A stretch of 64,000 bases of DNA from Gammaproteobacteria bacterium (GTDB lineage Bacteria > Pseudomonadota > Gammaproteobacteria > UBA6429 > Thiohalophilaceae): assembly GCA_024275915.1 (NCBI GenBank), contig JAJRYG010000070.1, forward strand, positions 34,361-98,360, read 5' to 3'. The notes beneath the pieces were generated by a model. It searched no databases and had not been told where the DNA came from. It worked only from the letters and a program-made list of their open reading frames with translations. Positions within the stretch are counted from its first letter, which is position 1; each line of letters starts with the position of its first letter. Shown here in pieces: positions 28,201-39,442 of the stretch. The translations under genes and the position numbers were made by a program.

Positions 28201-29637
28201 TCCTGCTATGGCATTGATGCAAAGCGCCATCAAGCCACCAGGAAACAGGCCCAGCCCCAGAACCGCCAGACTGTTGAAGCTGATCATCACCTGCATGTCG
28301 GGACTGCTGGACAATGGAGAAGTGTCCTCGGCCTTGTCGAAGTACATTAGCTTGATGATGCGCAGGTAGTAGAAGGCACCAATGATGGAGGAAATCACAC
28401 CGACGATGGCCAGCCACAGCATGCCATTATTGATGACCTGTTCCAGTACCGCCAGTTTGGCCCAGAAGCCCAGGAATGGTGGCACCCCGGCCATGGAGAA
28501 CATCAGGATCAGCATCATGAACGCATACCAGGGACTGCGTTCATTGAGTCCCTTGTAGTCATCCAGGTTTTCGGCCTCGAAGCCCCGGCGGCTGAGCATG
28601 ATGACCATGCCAAAACCACCCAACGACATGAGCACGTAGGCCAGCGTATAAAACATGGAGGTGGCAAAGCCTTCATCGGTGCCGGTCAACACGCCCAGAA
28701 GCAGAAAACCCACATGAGAAATGGCTGAATAGGCCAGCATGCGCTTGATATTACCCTGGGCAATGGCGAGCAGGTTACCCAGCCCCATGGACAGCACCGC
28801 AAGAATCACCAGGATCCCCTGCCAGTGTTCATGCAGCCCCATCATGCCATCCACCAGCAGCCGGATCATCATGGCGAAGGCCGCCAGCTTGGGTGCACTA
28901 CTGATGTAGAGTGTTACCGCGGTCGGTGCGCCCTGGTAGACATCGGGCAACCACATGTGAAACGGCACGGCCCCCAGTTTGAAGGCTATACCGACGATCA
29001 TGAAAACCAGTCCGAACGACAGCAGAACTCCGGGAACCTGATTACCTATCTTGGAGGCGACGTTGGCAAGCTCCAGACTGCCGGTGACGCCATAGATGAT
29101 GGACATGCCGTAGAGCAGCATGCCTGAAGCAATGGCGCCGAGAACAAAGTATTTCATTGCCGCTTCCGAAGATGAGCGGGAATCGCGCTGCAGGGCTACC
29201 ATGGCATACATGGACAAGGACAGTAATTCGAGACCCAGGTAGATGGTCAGCAGATGGTGAGCCGAGATCAGGATCATCATGCCCAGCACACCAAACAGGC
29301 CCAGGGTATAGAACTCGCCCTTGAAAATATCCCGATCCCGCAGGTAGTCCTTGGCATACAGGAACACCACGAAGGTGGCCAGGTAGATGGCAATTTTCAG
29401 TACATCGGCCATGCCGTCACGTACGAACAGATTGGAAAAAGCCAGCTGGGTATCATTGCTGATGGTAAACAGGGTGATCACCAGGGTCATGAGCAGACTG
29501 AGCTGGGCCAGGAAATAGGTAATGATTCGATTCTTGTCCGCGACGAACAGGTCGATGACAAGAACCAGACAGATCGCACCGAGCAAGAAGATCTCCGGAG
29601 CGGCGGGTGTCACATTGGCGAGCTGAAAATTTGTCAT
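28198..29637 (-). CDS. nuoN: NADH-quinone oxidoreductase subunit N
   Basis: 479 aa polytopic antiporter-like subunit, the last gene of the nuo operon. Confidence 0.93.
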   Translation of the reverse strand: MTNFQLANVTPAAPEIFLLGAICLVLVIDLFVADKNRIITYFLAQLSLLMTLVITLFTISNDTQLAFSNLFVRDGMADVLKIAIYLATFVVFLYAKDYLRDRDIFKGEFYTLGLFGVLGMMILISAHHLLTIYLGLELLSLSMYAMVALQRDSRSSSEAAMKYFVLGAIASGMLLYGMSIIYGVTGSLELANVASKIGNQVPGVLLSFGLVFMIVGIAFKLGAVPFHMWLPDVYQGAPTAVTLYISSAPKLAAFAMMIRLLVDGMMGLHEHWQGILVILAVLSMGLGNLLAIAQGNIKRMLAYSAISHVGFLLLGVLTGTDEGFATSMFYTLAYVLMSLGGFGMVIMLSRRGFEAENLDDYKGLNERSPWYAFMMLILMFSMAGVPPFLGFWAKLAVLEQVINNGMLWLAIVGVISSIIGAFYYLRIIKLMYFDKAEDTSPLSSSPDMQVMISFNSLAVLGLGLFPGGLMALCINAIAG

Positions 29638-29664
29638 AAGTCTGATTTTCGCATTAACTCTTGA

Positions 29665-31188
29665 TTACAGTTTCGATGTCATCATCTGCTGCAGCAGATT
29701 CTGGGTCGTGGCTTCCATTACGTCGATCAGCGGCGCAGGCCACAGACCGATCAGCAACACCATGACCGCAAGGACCAGCATGATGATGAACTCACGCTTG
29801 TTGATGTCTTCCAGTTTGGCCACGTTGTCATTGGCCACTTCGCCAAAGAAGACACGTTTTACCATCCACAGGGTATAGGATGCTCCAAGGATGAGTGTCA
29901 GCGCAGCAAAGAAGGCGTACCAGAAGTTGGCCTTGAAGGCGCTGAGAATGACCATGAACTCGCCAACGAAACCGGAAGTACCGGGCAGACCTGCATTGGC
30001 CATGGCAAACAGTACCATGAAGCTGACGAAGATGGGCATGCGGTTGGCCACCCCCCCATAGTCCTTAATGGCACGGCTGTGCATTCGATCATAGAGAACA
30101 CCGATGGAGAGGAACATGGCAGCGGAAATGAAACCATGAGAAATCATCTGCACCATCCCGCCTTCCAGCCCCATTACGGCACCATCGTAGCTGCCCGTAT
30201 TGTCGTAGATGCGATAGGCAATGAAGAAACCCAGGGTAACGAAGCCCATGTGGGAAATCGACGAATAGGCAATGAGCTTCTTCATGTCGGTCTGCACCAG
30301 GGCAACAAAGCCGATATAAACAATGGCGATCAGCGACAGGGCTATCATCAACCAGTCGAGTTCGCGGCTGGCATCGGGGGTGATGGGCAAGGAAAAACGC
30401 AGGAAACCGTAGGTTCCCAGTTTCAGCATGATGGCCGCCAGGATCACCGAGCCACCGGTAGGTGCTTCCACATGGGCATCGGGCAACCAGGTATGTACCG
30501 GCCACATGGGGACTTTAACGGCAAAAGCGACCAGGAAGGCCAGAAAGATGAGGATCTGTACGGAAAGATCCATCTTGTAGGCGTGGTAGTCCAGAATGGA
30601 GAAACTACCTGTCTGGAAATACAGGTACAACAGGGCCACCAGCATGAATACCGAGCCGGCAAACGTGTAGAGGAAGAACTTGATGGTGGCGTAGACACGG
30701 CGCTCGCCCCCCCAGATGCCGATGATGAGAAACATGGGGATCAGCATTGCTTCCCAGAACACATAGAACAAGGCCGCATCCAGTGCCGCAAACACGCCGA
30801 TCATCAGGCCTTCCATGATCAGGAAGGCCGCCATGTACTGGGCGACTCGCCGGGTTATGGACTTCCAGCCGGCCAGTACCACGAGTACGGTGGCAAAGGT
30901 GGTCAGCAGGATCAGCGGCATGGAGATGCCGTCGATACCAAGGTGGTAGTAGATATTGAAGGCCGGTATCCAGGCTTGTTCGCCCTTCTCGACAAATTGC
31001 ATCGCTGCGGTGCCACGCTCGAATCCTGTCCACAAGGGAATGGAGACCAGGAACGTCACTACGGATACTAGCAATGCAATAAGACGTGCATACTGCGCAC
31101 GGTCATTACTTCCGGATAACAGAACCCACATGCCCCCAAAGATGGGAAGCCAGATTACCAGGCTCAACAATGGCCAGTCTGCAAACAT
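29665..31188 (-). CDS. nuoM: NADH-quinone oxidoreductase subunit M
   Basis: 507 aa antiporter-like subunit in conserved order. Confidence 0.93.
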   Translation of the reverse strand: MFADWPLLSLVIWLPIFGGMWVLLSGSNDRAQYARLIALLVSVVTFLVSIPLWTGFERGTAAMQFVEKGEQAWIPAFNIYYHLGIDGISMPLILLTTFATVLVVLAGWKSITRRVAQYMAAFLIMEGLMIGVFAALDAALFYVFWEAMLIPMFLIIGIWGGERRVYATIKFFLYTFAGSVFMLVALLYLYFQTGSFSILDYHAYKMDLSVQILIFLAFLVAFAVKVPMWPVHTWLPDAHVEAPTGGSVILAAIMLKLGTYGFLRFSLPITPDASRELDWLMIALSLIAIVYIGFVALVQTDMKKLIAYSSISHMGFVTLGFFIAYRIYDNTGSYDGAVMGLEGGMVQMISHGFISAAMFLSIGVLYDRMHSRAIKDYGGVANRMPIFVSFMVLFAMANAGLPGTSGFVGEFMVILSAFKANFWYAFFAALTLILGASYTLWMVKRVFFGEVANDNVAKLEDINKREFIIMLVLAVMVLLIGLWPAPLIDVMEATTQNLLQQMMTSKL

Positions 31189-31212
31189 TCGATTAACCTT
31201 ATTATATTGTCC

Positions 31213-33174
31213 CTAGAGAACAAAAATCCCAAGTAAAACCAGTACACCAAGAATCATGGCGAACGCATAAGTATACAAATAACCGGTTTGTAGATGACGC
31301 ATCAGACCGGCCACAACCCCCACCGTCTGGGCAGAACCGTTGACCACCACACCGTCGATGAGCTTCTGGTCGCCCACTTTCCAGAACAGTGAACCGATGG
31401 CACGCCCGCCGCCTGCAAAAAAGACTTCATTGAAGCGGTCGAAACCGTATTTGTTGATAAGGATGCTGTACACCATCGACAGCCTTTCCTTGAGCATGGC
31501 CGGAATGTCCGGACGTTTCATGTACAGGAACCAGGCAACAAATACGCCCGAGGCAGCAAACCAGAATGGCAGGGTGCCAAAGGCATGCAGGGTCATGGCA
31601 AAGGCTCCATGAAATTCCTCGGCCAGCTGCCCCAGCACATCGTGCTCCGGTGCAACGAAAATCGCCCCCTTGAAGAAGTCACCAAAGGCCATGCTGTCGA
31701 CATACATGTAGCCGATGAATACCGAAGGAATCGCCAGCAGGATCAGCGGCACGGTGACCACCCAGGGGCTTTCATGCAGATGCTCCCTGGCATGGGGATC
31801 GATATTTTCCTCACCGTGGAAGACGATGAAATACAGGCGGAAACTGTACAACGCGGTGATGAACACGCCCAGCAATACCGAGACATAGGCAAAGCTGGAG
31901 CCGGCAATGGTGGAATGGCCCACCGCCTCGATGATGGAGTCTTTCGAATAAAAACCGGCAAAGAACGGTGTGCCGATCAACGCCAGGGTGCCGATGAGGA
32001 AGGTAATCCAGGTTATGGGCATGTACTTGCGAAGATTGCCCATCTTGCGAATGTCCTGCTCATGGTGCAGGGCAATGATCACTGAACCGGCACCGAGGAA
32101 CAACAGCGCCTTGAAGAAGGCGTGGGTCATCAGATGGAAGATGCCAGCGGCATAGGCCGAGGCTCCCAGCGCCACGGTCATGTAACCCAGTTGCGACAGG
32201 GTGGAATAGGCAATCACCCGCTTGATGTCGTTCTGCACCAGACCCAACAGTCCCATGAAGAAGGCGGTAATGGCACCGATGACCATGACGAAAGAAAGTG
32301 CGGTTTCCGACAGCTCGAATAGGGGTGACATGCGTGCCACCATGAAGATACCGGCGGTGACCATGGTGGCGGCGTGGATCAGGGCGGAAATCGGAGTCGG
32401 ACCTTCCATGGAATCAGGCAGCCAGACATGCAGCGGCACCTGTGCCGACTTGCCCATGGCTCCGATGAACAGCAGGATGCAGATGACGGTGATCACCGAC
32501 CATTCACTGCCATTGAAGATCTGCATGGTCTGATCCCGCACACTGTCGGTGTTGGCGAACACAGTAGCGTAGTCCAGACTGCCGAAATACATGAGAATCG
32601 CGGCGATGCCGAGCAGGAAACCGAAGTCCCCTACCCGATTGACCAGGAAGGCCTTGAGGTTGGCATAGATGGCCGACTCGCGCTTGAACCAGAAACCGAT
32701 CAACAGGTAGGACACCAGGCCCACCGCTTCCCAGCCGAAGAACAGCTGCAGGAAGTTGTTGGACATCACCAGCATCAGCATGGAAAAAGTGAACAGGGAT
32801 ATATAGCTGAAGAAACGCTGATAGCCGGGATCGTCATGCATGTAGCCGATGGTATAGATGTGTACCATGAGCGAGACGAAGGTCACCACTGCCATCATCA
32901 TCGCGGTGAGCTTGTCGACCATGAAGCCGATTTCAAAGCGAATACCGTCGCTCACCATCCAGGTATAGACCGAGGCGTTATAGGGCTCGCCGCCATCGAA
33001 TACCATGTATTTGAATACGTAGAGCGACAGTACACAGGCAATACCAACACCGAGCGTGGTCACCCAGTGGGACGCGGCACGGCCAATTTTCCAGCCAAAC
33101 AGACCCGCGATGACAGAGCCGGCCAGGGGCGCGAGTACGATCCAGAGGTAGATGCTTTGCATATCTTCAAACAC
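31213..33174 (-). CDS. nuoL: NADH-quinone oxidoreductase subunit L
   Basis: 653 aa antiporter-like subunit with a C-terminal lateral-helix extension. Confidence 0.93.
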   Translation of the reverse strand: MFEDMQSIYLWIVLAPLAGSVIAGLFGWKIGRAASHWVTTLGVGIACVLSLYVFKYMVFDGGEPYNASVYTWMVSDGIRFEIGFMVDKLTAMMMAVVTFVSLMVHIYTIGYMHDDPGYQRFFSYISLFTFSMLMLVMSNNFLQLFFGWEAVGLVSYLLIGFWFKRESAIYANLKAFLVNRVGDFGFLLGIAAILMYFGSLDYATVFANTDSVRDQTMQIFNGSEWSVITVICILLFIGAMGKSAQVPLHVWLPDSMEGPTPISALIHAATMVTAGIFMVARMSPLFELSETALSFVMVIGAITAFFMGLLGLVQNDIKRVIAYSTLSQLGYMTVALGASAYAAGIFHLMTHAFFKALLFLGAGSVIIALHHEQDIRKMGNLRKYMPITWITFLIGTLALIGTPFFAGFYSKDSIIEAVGHSTIAGSSFAYVSVLLGVFITALYSFRLYFIVFHGEENIDPHAREHLHESPWVVTVPLILLAIPSVFIGYMYVDSMAFGDFFKGAIFVAPEHDVLGQLAEEFHGAFAMTLHAFGTLPFWFAASGVFVAWFLYMKRPDIPAMLKERLSMVYSILINKYGFDRFNEVFFAGGGRAIGSLFWKVGDQKLIDGVVVNGSAQTVGVVAGLMRHLQTGYLYTYAFAMILGVLVLLGIFVL

Positions 33175-33179
33175 AATGA

Positions 33180-33485
33180 TTACCCTTTCAATGAATCCAG
33201 ATCCTCGACATCGATGGAATGTCGATTTCGGAACAGGACGACCAGTATCGCAAGACCAATTGCCGCCTCAGCCGCAGCAACAGTAAGAATGAAAAAGACG
33301 AAAATCTGCCCGGCAATGTCATCGAGAAAATAGGCGAAGGCGATAAAATTCATGTTCACCGCCAACAGCATCAGCTCGATGGCCATCAACAGGATAATCA
33401 CATTCTTCCGGTTGAGAAAAATCCCCGCCACACTGAGTGAAAACAGAATGGCTCCAAGAATCAGCACATCGGACAAGGCAATCAT
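33180..33485 (-). CDS. nuoK: NADH-quinone oxidoreductase subunit K
   Basis: 101 aa, 3 TM. Overlaps the nuoJ stop by 4 nt. Confidence 0.93.
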   Translation of the reverse strand: MIALSDVLILGAILFSLSVAGIFLNRKNVIILLMAIELMLLAVNMNFIAFAYFLDDIAGQIFVFFILTVAAAEAAIGLAILVVLFRNRHSIDVEDLDSLKG

Positions 33486-34087
33486 TTTCTTTCCTCGGCT
33501 CGCATTTTCACCTTGCGTACCCGCTCGACGGATTTGACCGCAATCTGCTCTTCCGGCTTCTGATGCAGGGTATTGGGCCGGCGACGCAGGGTAAGAACAA
33601 TGGCGGCAACAATCGCCACCAGCAGGATCACGGCGGCAATTTCAAATGGATAGACATAAACGGTATAAAGCAGGCCACCCAGTTCCCGGGTATTGTCATA
33701 GCTGGCAACATGGCGTACCGGTGCCAGGTATTCTTCCAGACCAAAGTTCTGCGGCCCGACAATCATCACCATGATCACTAGCATGGTGATGGCCACACCC
33801 AGACCGACCGGCAGATAGGAAATGAACCCTGCCTTGAGTCGTGCCAGATTGATGTCCAGCATCATGACCACGAACAGGAACAGCACCATGACGGCACCGA
33901 CATAGACCAGTACCAGCACGATGGCGAGAAATTCCGCTTCCAGCAACAGCCAGATGGCCGAGCTGGCAAAGAAGGTCAGCACCAGAAACAGCGCGGCCCG
34001 TACCGGATTGCGCACCGTAATCACCATACTGGCGCCAAAAACCACCACGGTTGCAAATATATAAAAGAGTATTTTTTCAGTTCCCAT
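33482..34087 (-). CDS. nuoJ: NADH-quinone oxidoreductase subunit J
   Basis: 201 aa membrane subunit in conserved order. Confidence 0.9.
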   Translation of the reverse strand: MGTEKILFYIFATVVVFGASMVITVRNPVRAALFLVLTFFASSAIWLLLEAEFLAIVLVLVYVGAVMVLFLFVVMMLDINLARLKAGFISYLPVGLGVAITMLVIMVMIVGPQNFGLEEYLAPVRHVASYDNTRELGGLLYTVYVYPFEIAAVILLVAIVAAIVLTLRRRPNTLHQKPEEQIAVKSVERVRKVKMRAEERK

Positions 34088-34105
34088 TTTTACCTTGTCC
34101 CAGCA

Positions 34106-34594
34106 TCATCTGTAAGCCGCGTCCTGGCGGCGAGCCGCAGCGATTTCCTTCTCATACTTGTCGCCCACTTCCAGCAGCCGCTGTTTGGTCATTAGCAGAT
34201 CACCGCGTTGTTCCCCGTGGTATTCGAAAATATGTGTTTCGACAATGGAATCGACGGGACAGGATTCTTCACAGAAGCCGCAGAAAATGCATTTGGTCAG
34301 GTCGATGTCATAACGGGTGGTACGGCGCGAGCCGTCTTCACGTTCTTCCGATTCGATGGTAATGGCCAGCGCCGGACAAACGGCTTCACACAGTTTGCAG
34401 GCAATGCAGCGCTCCTCACCATTGGGGTAACGACGCAGGGCATGGAGGCCACGAAAACGAGGCGACAGAGGGGTCTTTTCTTCCGGGTATTGCAGGGTAA
34501 CCTTGCGACGGAAGAAATAACGGCCTGTTACTGCCAGCCCCTTGAGCAGTTCCAGCAGGAACAGACTTTTGAAAAACTTGTTTAATCGTGTCAT
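34106..34594 (-). CDS. nuoI: NADH-quinone oxidoreductase subunit I
   Basis: 162 aa from the ATG at 34594 (AAGGTGA RBS). Has two 4Fe-4S motifs, [12 protein letters not shown] and [12 protein letters not shown]. Confidence 0.93.
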   Translation of the reverse strand: MTRLNKFFKSLFLLELLKGLAVTGRYFFRRKVTLQYPEEKTPLSPRFRGLHALRRYPNGEERCIACKLCEAVCPALAITIESEEREDGSRRTTRYDIDLTKCIFCGFCEESCPVDSIVETHIFEYHGEQRGDLLMTKQRLLEVGDKYEKEIAAARRQDAAYR

Positions 34595-34608
34595 GGTCAT
34601 TATCACCT

Positions 34609-35691
34609 TCAGGCCGCATCGAACCACGGTGGCAGGCCACTGAGGATAGCGATACCGACAACCAGTAACCAGACGATGGTAATCGGAATGAAGACTTTCC
34701 AGCCCAGGCGCATGATCTGGTCATAACGATAGCGCGGGAACGTGGCCCGGAACCACAAAAAGCTAAACATGAAGGCTGCCGTTTTGATCAGGAACCAGTG
34801 AATGCCACCGCCAAGCAGGGCGCCGAGTACCGGGATCTCCAGCACCGAATCGGGCAACAGTCCTTCGAAGGGTGACAGCCAGCCACCGAGGAACATCACT
34901 GCGGCCAGTGCCGACACCAGGATCATGTTGGCGTATTCGGCAAGGAAGAACACGGCAAAGGCCATGCCCGAGTATTCCACATGGAAACCGGCGACGATTT
35001 CCGACTCGCCTTCGGCCACATCGAAAGGTGCACGGTTGGTTTCCGCCACGGCGGAGATAAAGTACACGACAAACAGCGGAAACAGGGGCAACCAGAACCA
35101 GTGCAGCAGGCTACCCGACTGGGCATTGACGATGACACCCAGGTTGAGGCTGCCACCGGCCATCAGCACACCCACCAGGGCAAAGCCCATGGCGATTTCA
35201 TAAGCAACGATCTGTGCCGCCGAGCGCATCGCGCCCAGCAGGGCATACTTGGAATTGGAGGCCCAGCCGGCAATGATGACGCCATAGACACCCAATGAGG
35301 TAATGGCCAGCACATACAACAGACCTGCATTGATATCGGCCAGCACCATTTCGGCATCGAAGGGGATCACCGCCCAGGCAGCCAGCGCCGGACCAATGGA
35401 GAGTACCGGTGCGATAAGGAACAGGTACTTGTTCGAACCGGAGGGGATGACGATTTCCTTGAAGATCAGCTTCATGGCATCGGCGATGGGCTGCAACCAG
35501 CCACGTGGACCCACCCGGTTGGGACCGAGACGTACCTGCATGGCACCAATGATCTTGCGCTCGCCAAAGGTGTAGTACGCCACCACCAGCATCAGGGGTA
35601 CGACGATGGCAAAGATCTTCAACAGGATGATCACCACGGTTTGCACCATCTCGGGCAACAGGCCAAAGGTTGACTGAATCCACTCTATCAT
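34609..35691 (-). CDS. nuoH: NADH-quinone oxidoreductase subunit H
   Basis: 360 aa polytopic subunit in conserved order. Confidence 0.93.
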   Translation of the reverse strand: MIEWIQSTFGLLPEMVQTVVIILLKIFAIVVPLMLVVAYYTFGERKIIGAMQVRLGPNRVGPRGWLQPIADAMKLIFKEIVIPSGSNKYLFLIAPVLSIGPALAAWAVIPFDAEMVLADINAGLLYVLAITSLGVYGVIIAGWASNSKYALLGAMRSAAQIVAYEIAMGFALVGVLMAGGSLNLGVIVNAQSGSLLHWFWLPLFPLFVVYFISAVAETNRAPFDVAEGESEIVAGFHVEYSGMAFAVFFLAEYANMILVSALAAVMFLGGWLSPFEGLLPDSVLEIPVLGALLGGGIHWFLIKTAAFMFSFLWFRATFPRYRYDQIMRLGWKVFIPITIVWLLVVGIAILSGLPPWFDAA

Positions 35692-35700
35692 GTCGCGTCG

Positions 35701-38082
35701 TTACCCCGCCTCGTTGTCTGTTAGTAGTTCAACGCTGCCAAAGGCTGCGCCCAGCTCAGTACTGTGTTCGACACCAATGGGAATAAATACACAGTTATCG
35801 GGTACACCTTCATCGATGACCACCTGCAATTCAGCACGCACGGCACCCTGCTGGACATTTACCTGCTGTCCATCACTGACCCTCTGCTTGCCCGCCGTTT
35901 CACTGTTGAGATAAACCGCGGCGACAATGGCATCGGTGGTTTCCTGCAGCGGGATGGCGCGACGCACCTGGGAGTCCGCAGCATAAATCGGAATGTGGCC
36001 GATGCGCTGCAATCCGGCCGGGGCCGCTTCGAGCTGCAGGGCAGTATCCACTTTCGGCTGTGTGGACAGACTGGCGCCACTGCTCAGTGACTGAACCTCG
36101 TTGCGTACCTCGTCGACGGAAGCCTGCTCGAAACCGTCGACCTCGAAAAGGTTGCCCAGTACCCGCAGCACCTTCCAGCCAGGGCGGGTTTCACCCTCGG
36201 GGCTCACCGCGGCGGTAAAGCTCTGCCACTTGCCTTCGGCATTGACGAAACTGCCACTGATTTCTGCGCTCAGGCCGATGGGCAGGATCACGTCGGCATA
36301 GGCTTTCATTCGTTCGGTGACATAGGACGTGCAGGTGACGACAAAGTCGGCTTCACTCACTGCGGCAACAGCCTGGGCCGGATCGGCGCAGTCGTATTCC
36401 GGCTCGATACCATATAACAGGTAGGCGGCCAGAGGAGTGGCCAGCATGGCTGCTGCATCCTTGCCCACCGGGCTTACAGTGGCACCGGCGACCCCCCGAT
36501 GGGGCAAGGCTCCGGCCAGACAGGCACCGGCAGTATTGGCGCCATCGCTGAGGAATCCGAATTTCACCTCGGCCAGCTCGGCAATCAGGGCCGCCAGGGA
36601 CAGCAGTTCGGCATACTGGCTCTGCCCCATTGCCTGGATGCCCATCAGAACGATACCCTGCTCCGCCGTCGACAGGTGACGGGCAATGGCAGCATGGGCA
36701 TCGGTGCTGTCGACATTTTCCAGCAAGGCTTCGAGGCCCTGCGGGGCTGACTTGCCGGTCAGATTGAGCAGTGATTTGGCGATGGCGGCCAGCTGGACCG
36801 GCATGTCTGACGGCACCACCACCAGATGTTCGGCCAGCGGGAAGTTGAAGTCGTAATGCAGGGCATTGAGTGCCATCACCTGGGCACCCTTCTTCGTTGC
36901 CTTGCGAATGCGATGCGCCGCGATGGGCTGATCCTTTCTCACCCAGGAACCAACGAGGAAAATGGCATCCTGCTCTTCCAGCTCGGCAATGGAAACTCCG
37001 AGGCCGGGGACCACCGGCATGTTGTCCTGTGCCAGGAAGTCCTGCTGGCGCAAGCGGTGATCGATATTGTTCGAACCCAGTGCACGCATAAGCTTCTGCA
37101 ACAGGTAGTGTTCTTCGCTCGTGGCATTGGGTGAAATCAGCGCTCCCAGCTGTTCGGCCGATTTCTGCTCCATCACCGTCTTCAGACCTTCGACGGCATA
37201 ATTCAACGCCGTCTGCCAGTCGACCACTTTCCAGTCATGGCCCTGCTTGATCATGGGCTGACTGACACGTTGTTCATGATAGAGCCCGGTGTAGCTGAAG
37301 CGATCCCGGTCCGACAGCCAGACCTCGTTGATGCTTTCGTTTTCCCGCGGGTCGACCCGCATGACCCGGTTGCGGCGCACCTTGTACTGGATGTTGGAAC
37401 CAATGCAGTCATGGGCAGCGATGCCTGGCGAGGAAGTCAGTTCCCAGGGCCGGGCCGTATAGCGATAGGGTTTGGAGGTCAGCGCGCCGACCGGGCAAAG
37501 ATCGATGACATTGCCGGACATTTCCGAGGTCACCGCGCGTTCCACATAGGTGCCGATGCGGGTATGTTCCCCTCGGCCGGTGGCGCCCAGTTCCATGATG
37601 CCGGCGATCTCCTGACCGAAGCGCACACAACGGGTGCAATGGATGCAGCGGGTCATCTCGGTGGAAATCAGCGGTCCGATGTCCTTGTCGGCCACCACAC
37701 GCTTGAATTCATGATAACGGGATTCGGCCTTGCCATAACCCATGGCCAGATCCTGCAGCTCGCACTCGCCACCCTGGTCACAAATGGGACAGTCCAACGG
37801 GTGATTGATGAGCAGAAATTCCATCACGCTCTTCTGCGCATCCAGTGCCCTGGCCGAACGGGTGAAAATTTTCATGCCGTCGGTCACCGGTGTGGCGCAG
37901 GCCGGCAGGGGTTTGGGAACCTTTTCCACTTCCACCAGACACATGCGACAGTTGGCCGCCACCGACAGTTTCCTGTGGTAACAGAAACGAGGAATGGTAA
38001 TGCCAGCATCGTCAGCAGCTTCGATGACCATGGCGCCCTTGCGCACCTGAAGTTGCTTGCCGTCTATTTCAATCGTAACCAT
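35701..38082 (-). CDS. nuoG: NADH-quinone oxidoreductase subunit G
   Basis: 793 aa from the ATG at 38082 (MVTIEIDGK..). Has N-terminal 2Fe-2S and 4Fe-4S Cys motifs. Confidence 0.93.
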   Translation of the reverse strand: MVTIEIDGKQLQVRKGAMVIEAADDAGITIPRFCYHRKLSVAANCRMCLVEVEKVPKPLPACATPVTDGMKIFTRSARALDAQKSVMEFLLINHPLDCPICDQGGECELQDLAMGYGKAESRYHEFKRVVADKDIGPLISTEMTRCIHCTRCVRFGQEIAGIMELGATGRGEHTRIGTYVERAVTSEMSGNVIDLCPVGALTSKPYRYTARPWELTSSPGIAAHDCIGSNIQYKVRRNRVMRVDPRENESINEVWLSDRDRFSYTGLYHEQRVSQPMIKQGHDWKVVDWQTALNYAVEGLKTVMEQKSAEQLGALISPNATSEEHYLLQKLMRALGSNNIDHRLRQQDFLAQDNMPVVPGLGVSIAELEEQDAIFLVGSWVRKDQPIAAHRIRKATKKGAQVMALNALHYDFNFPLAEHLVVVPSDMPVQLAAIAKSLLNLTGKSAPQGLEALLENVDSTDAHAAIARHLSTAEQGIVLMGIQAMGQSQYAELLSLAALIAELAEVKFGFLSDGANTAGACLAGALPHRGVAGATVSPVGKDAAAMLATPLAAYLLYGIEPEYDCADPAQAVAAVSEADFVVTCTSYVTERMKAYADVILPIGLSAEISGSFVNAEGKWQSFTAAVSPEGETRPGWKVLRVLGNLFEVDGFEQASVDEVRNEVQSLSSGASLSTQPKVDTALQLEAAPAGLQRIGHIPIYAADSQVRRAIPLQETTDAIVAAVYLNSETAGKQRVSDGQQVNVQQGAVRAELQVVIDEGVPDNCVFIPIGVEHSTELGAAFGSVELLTDNEAG

Positions 38083-38099
38083 AGTTATCCTGCTGTTCC

Positions 38100-39377
38100 T
38101 CAGGCCTTCGGTCCAACCATGCACTTGCCGTGCTGGATGTGATATTCAAATTCTTCACGAAAATTCTTCAGAAAACTCTGCACGGGCATGGCCGCGGCAT
38201 CACCCAGTGCACAGATGGTGCGGCCACTGATGCGCCCGGCAACATCCTCGAGCAGGGCCAGGTCTTCTTCCCTGCCCTGACCGTGTTCGATGCGATGCAG
38301 GACCTTGGCCAGCCAGCCGGTGCCTTCACGACAGGGCGTACACTGACCACAAGATTCCTCATAATAAAAATGAGACAGACGGGCCAGCACATTGACCATG
38401 CAGGTGGTTTCATCCATGACAATCACCGAACCGGCACCCAGCATGCTGCCGGCCTTGGCCAGGGAATCGTAGTCCATGTCGGTTTCCATGATCACATCGG
38501 CGGTTAGCACCGGCACCGATGAACCGCCCGGAATCACGGCCTTGAGCTTGTGGCCATCACGCACACCACCGGCCATTTCCAGCAGTTTGGCAAACGGCGT
38601 GCCCATGGGCACTTCGAAATTGCCCGGCTTGTTGACATGACCGGAAACACTGAACAGCTTGGTGCCTCCGTTGTTGGGCTTGCCCATTTCCAGAAACCAC
38701 TGACCACCCTTTTCCAGGATCACCGGTACCGAGGCCAGGGTCTCGGTGTTGTTGATGGTGGTGGGCTTGCCGTACAGACCGAAACCGGCCGGGAACGGTG
38801 GCTTGAAGCGCGGCTGGCCTTTCTTGCCTTCGATGGATTCAAGCAATGCGGTTTCTTCGCCACAGATATAGGCGCCGGCACCAAGATGGGCATGGAGTTC
38901 GAAGTCGAAGCCGCTGCCAAGGATATTCTCGCCCAGCAGGTTGGCCTTGCGGGCTTCTTCTAGGGCGGCTTCGAAGCGTTCGTACGGTTCCCAGAATTCA
39001 CCCCGAATATAATTGTAACCGGCAGAGGCACCAATGCAGTAACCGGCGATGATCATGCCTTCGATGAGCTGGTGGGGGTTGTAGCGCAGGATGTCCCGAT
39101 CCTTGCAGGTACCAGGCTCACCTTCGTCCGAGTTGCAGACGATGTATTTCTGGCCCGGTGCATTGCGCGGCATGAAGCTCCACTTCAGGCCGGTGGGGAA
39201 TCCGGCTCCGCCACGGCCTCGCAGGCTGGAGGTCTTGAGTTCCTCGATGAGTTCTTCCGCTGGTATCTTTTCTCTGAGGATTCTCTTCAATACTTCATAA
39301 CCGCCAACACTGAGATAACTCTCCAGTGTCCAGGGCTGGTCAAGATGTCGGGTGCGGAAACAGACTTCGTTGCTCAT
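38100..39377 (-). CDS. nuoF: NADH-quinone oxidoreductase subunit F
   Basis: 425 aa with the FMN/NADH site [10 protein letters not shown] and the 4Fe-4S motif [12 protein letters not shown]. Confidence 0.95.
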   Translation of the reverse strand: MSNEVCFRTRHLDQPWTLESYLSVGGYEVLKRILREKIPAEELIEELKTSSLRGRGGAGFPTGLKWSFMPRNAPGQKYIVCNSDEGEPGTCKDRDILRYNPHQLIEGMIIAGYCIGASAGYNYIRGEFWEPYERFEAALEEARKANLLGENILGSGFDFELHAHLGAGAYICGEETALLESIEGKKGQPRFKPPFPAGFGLYGKPTTINNTETLASVPVILEKGGQWFLEMGKPNNGGTKLFSVSGHVNKPGNFEVPMGTPFAKLLEMAGGVRDGHKLKAVIPGGSSVPVLTADVIMETDMDYDSLAKAGSMLGAGSVIVMDETTCMVNVLARLSHFYYEESCGQCTPCREGTGWLAKVLHRIEHGQGREEDLALLEDVAGRISGRTICALGDAAAMPVQSFLKNFREEFEYHIQHGKCMVGPKA

Positions 39378-39442
39378 GCTCCCCTCCCCTCGTTGTTTGT
39401 TGTTTGGCTCATCTTCAATTTAACTTTATGGAAGTACTGTTC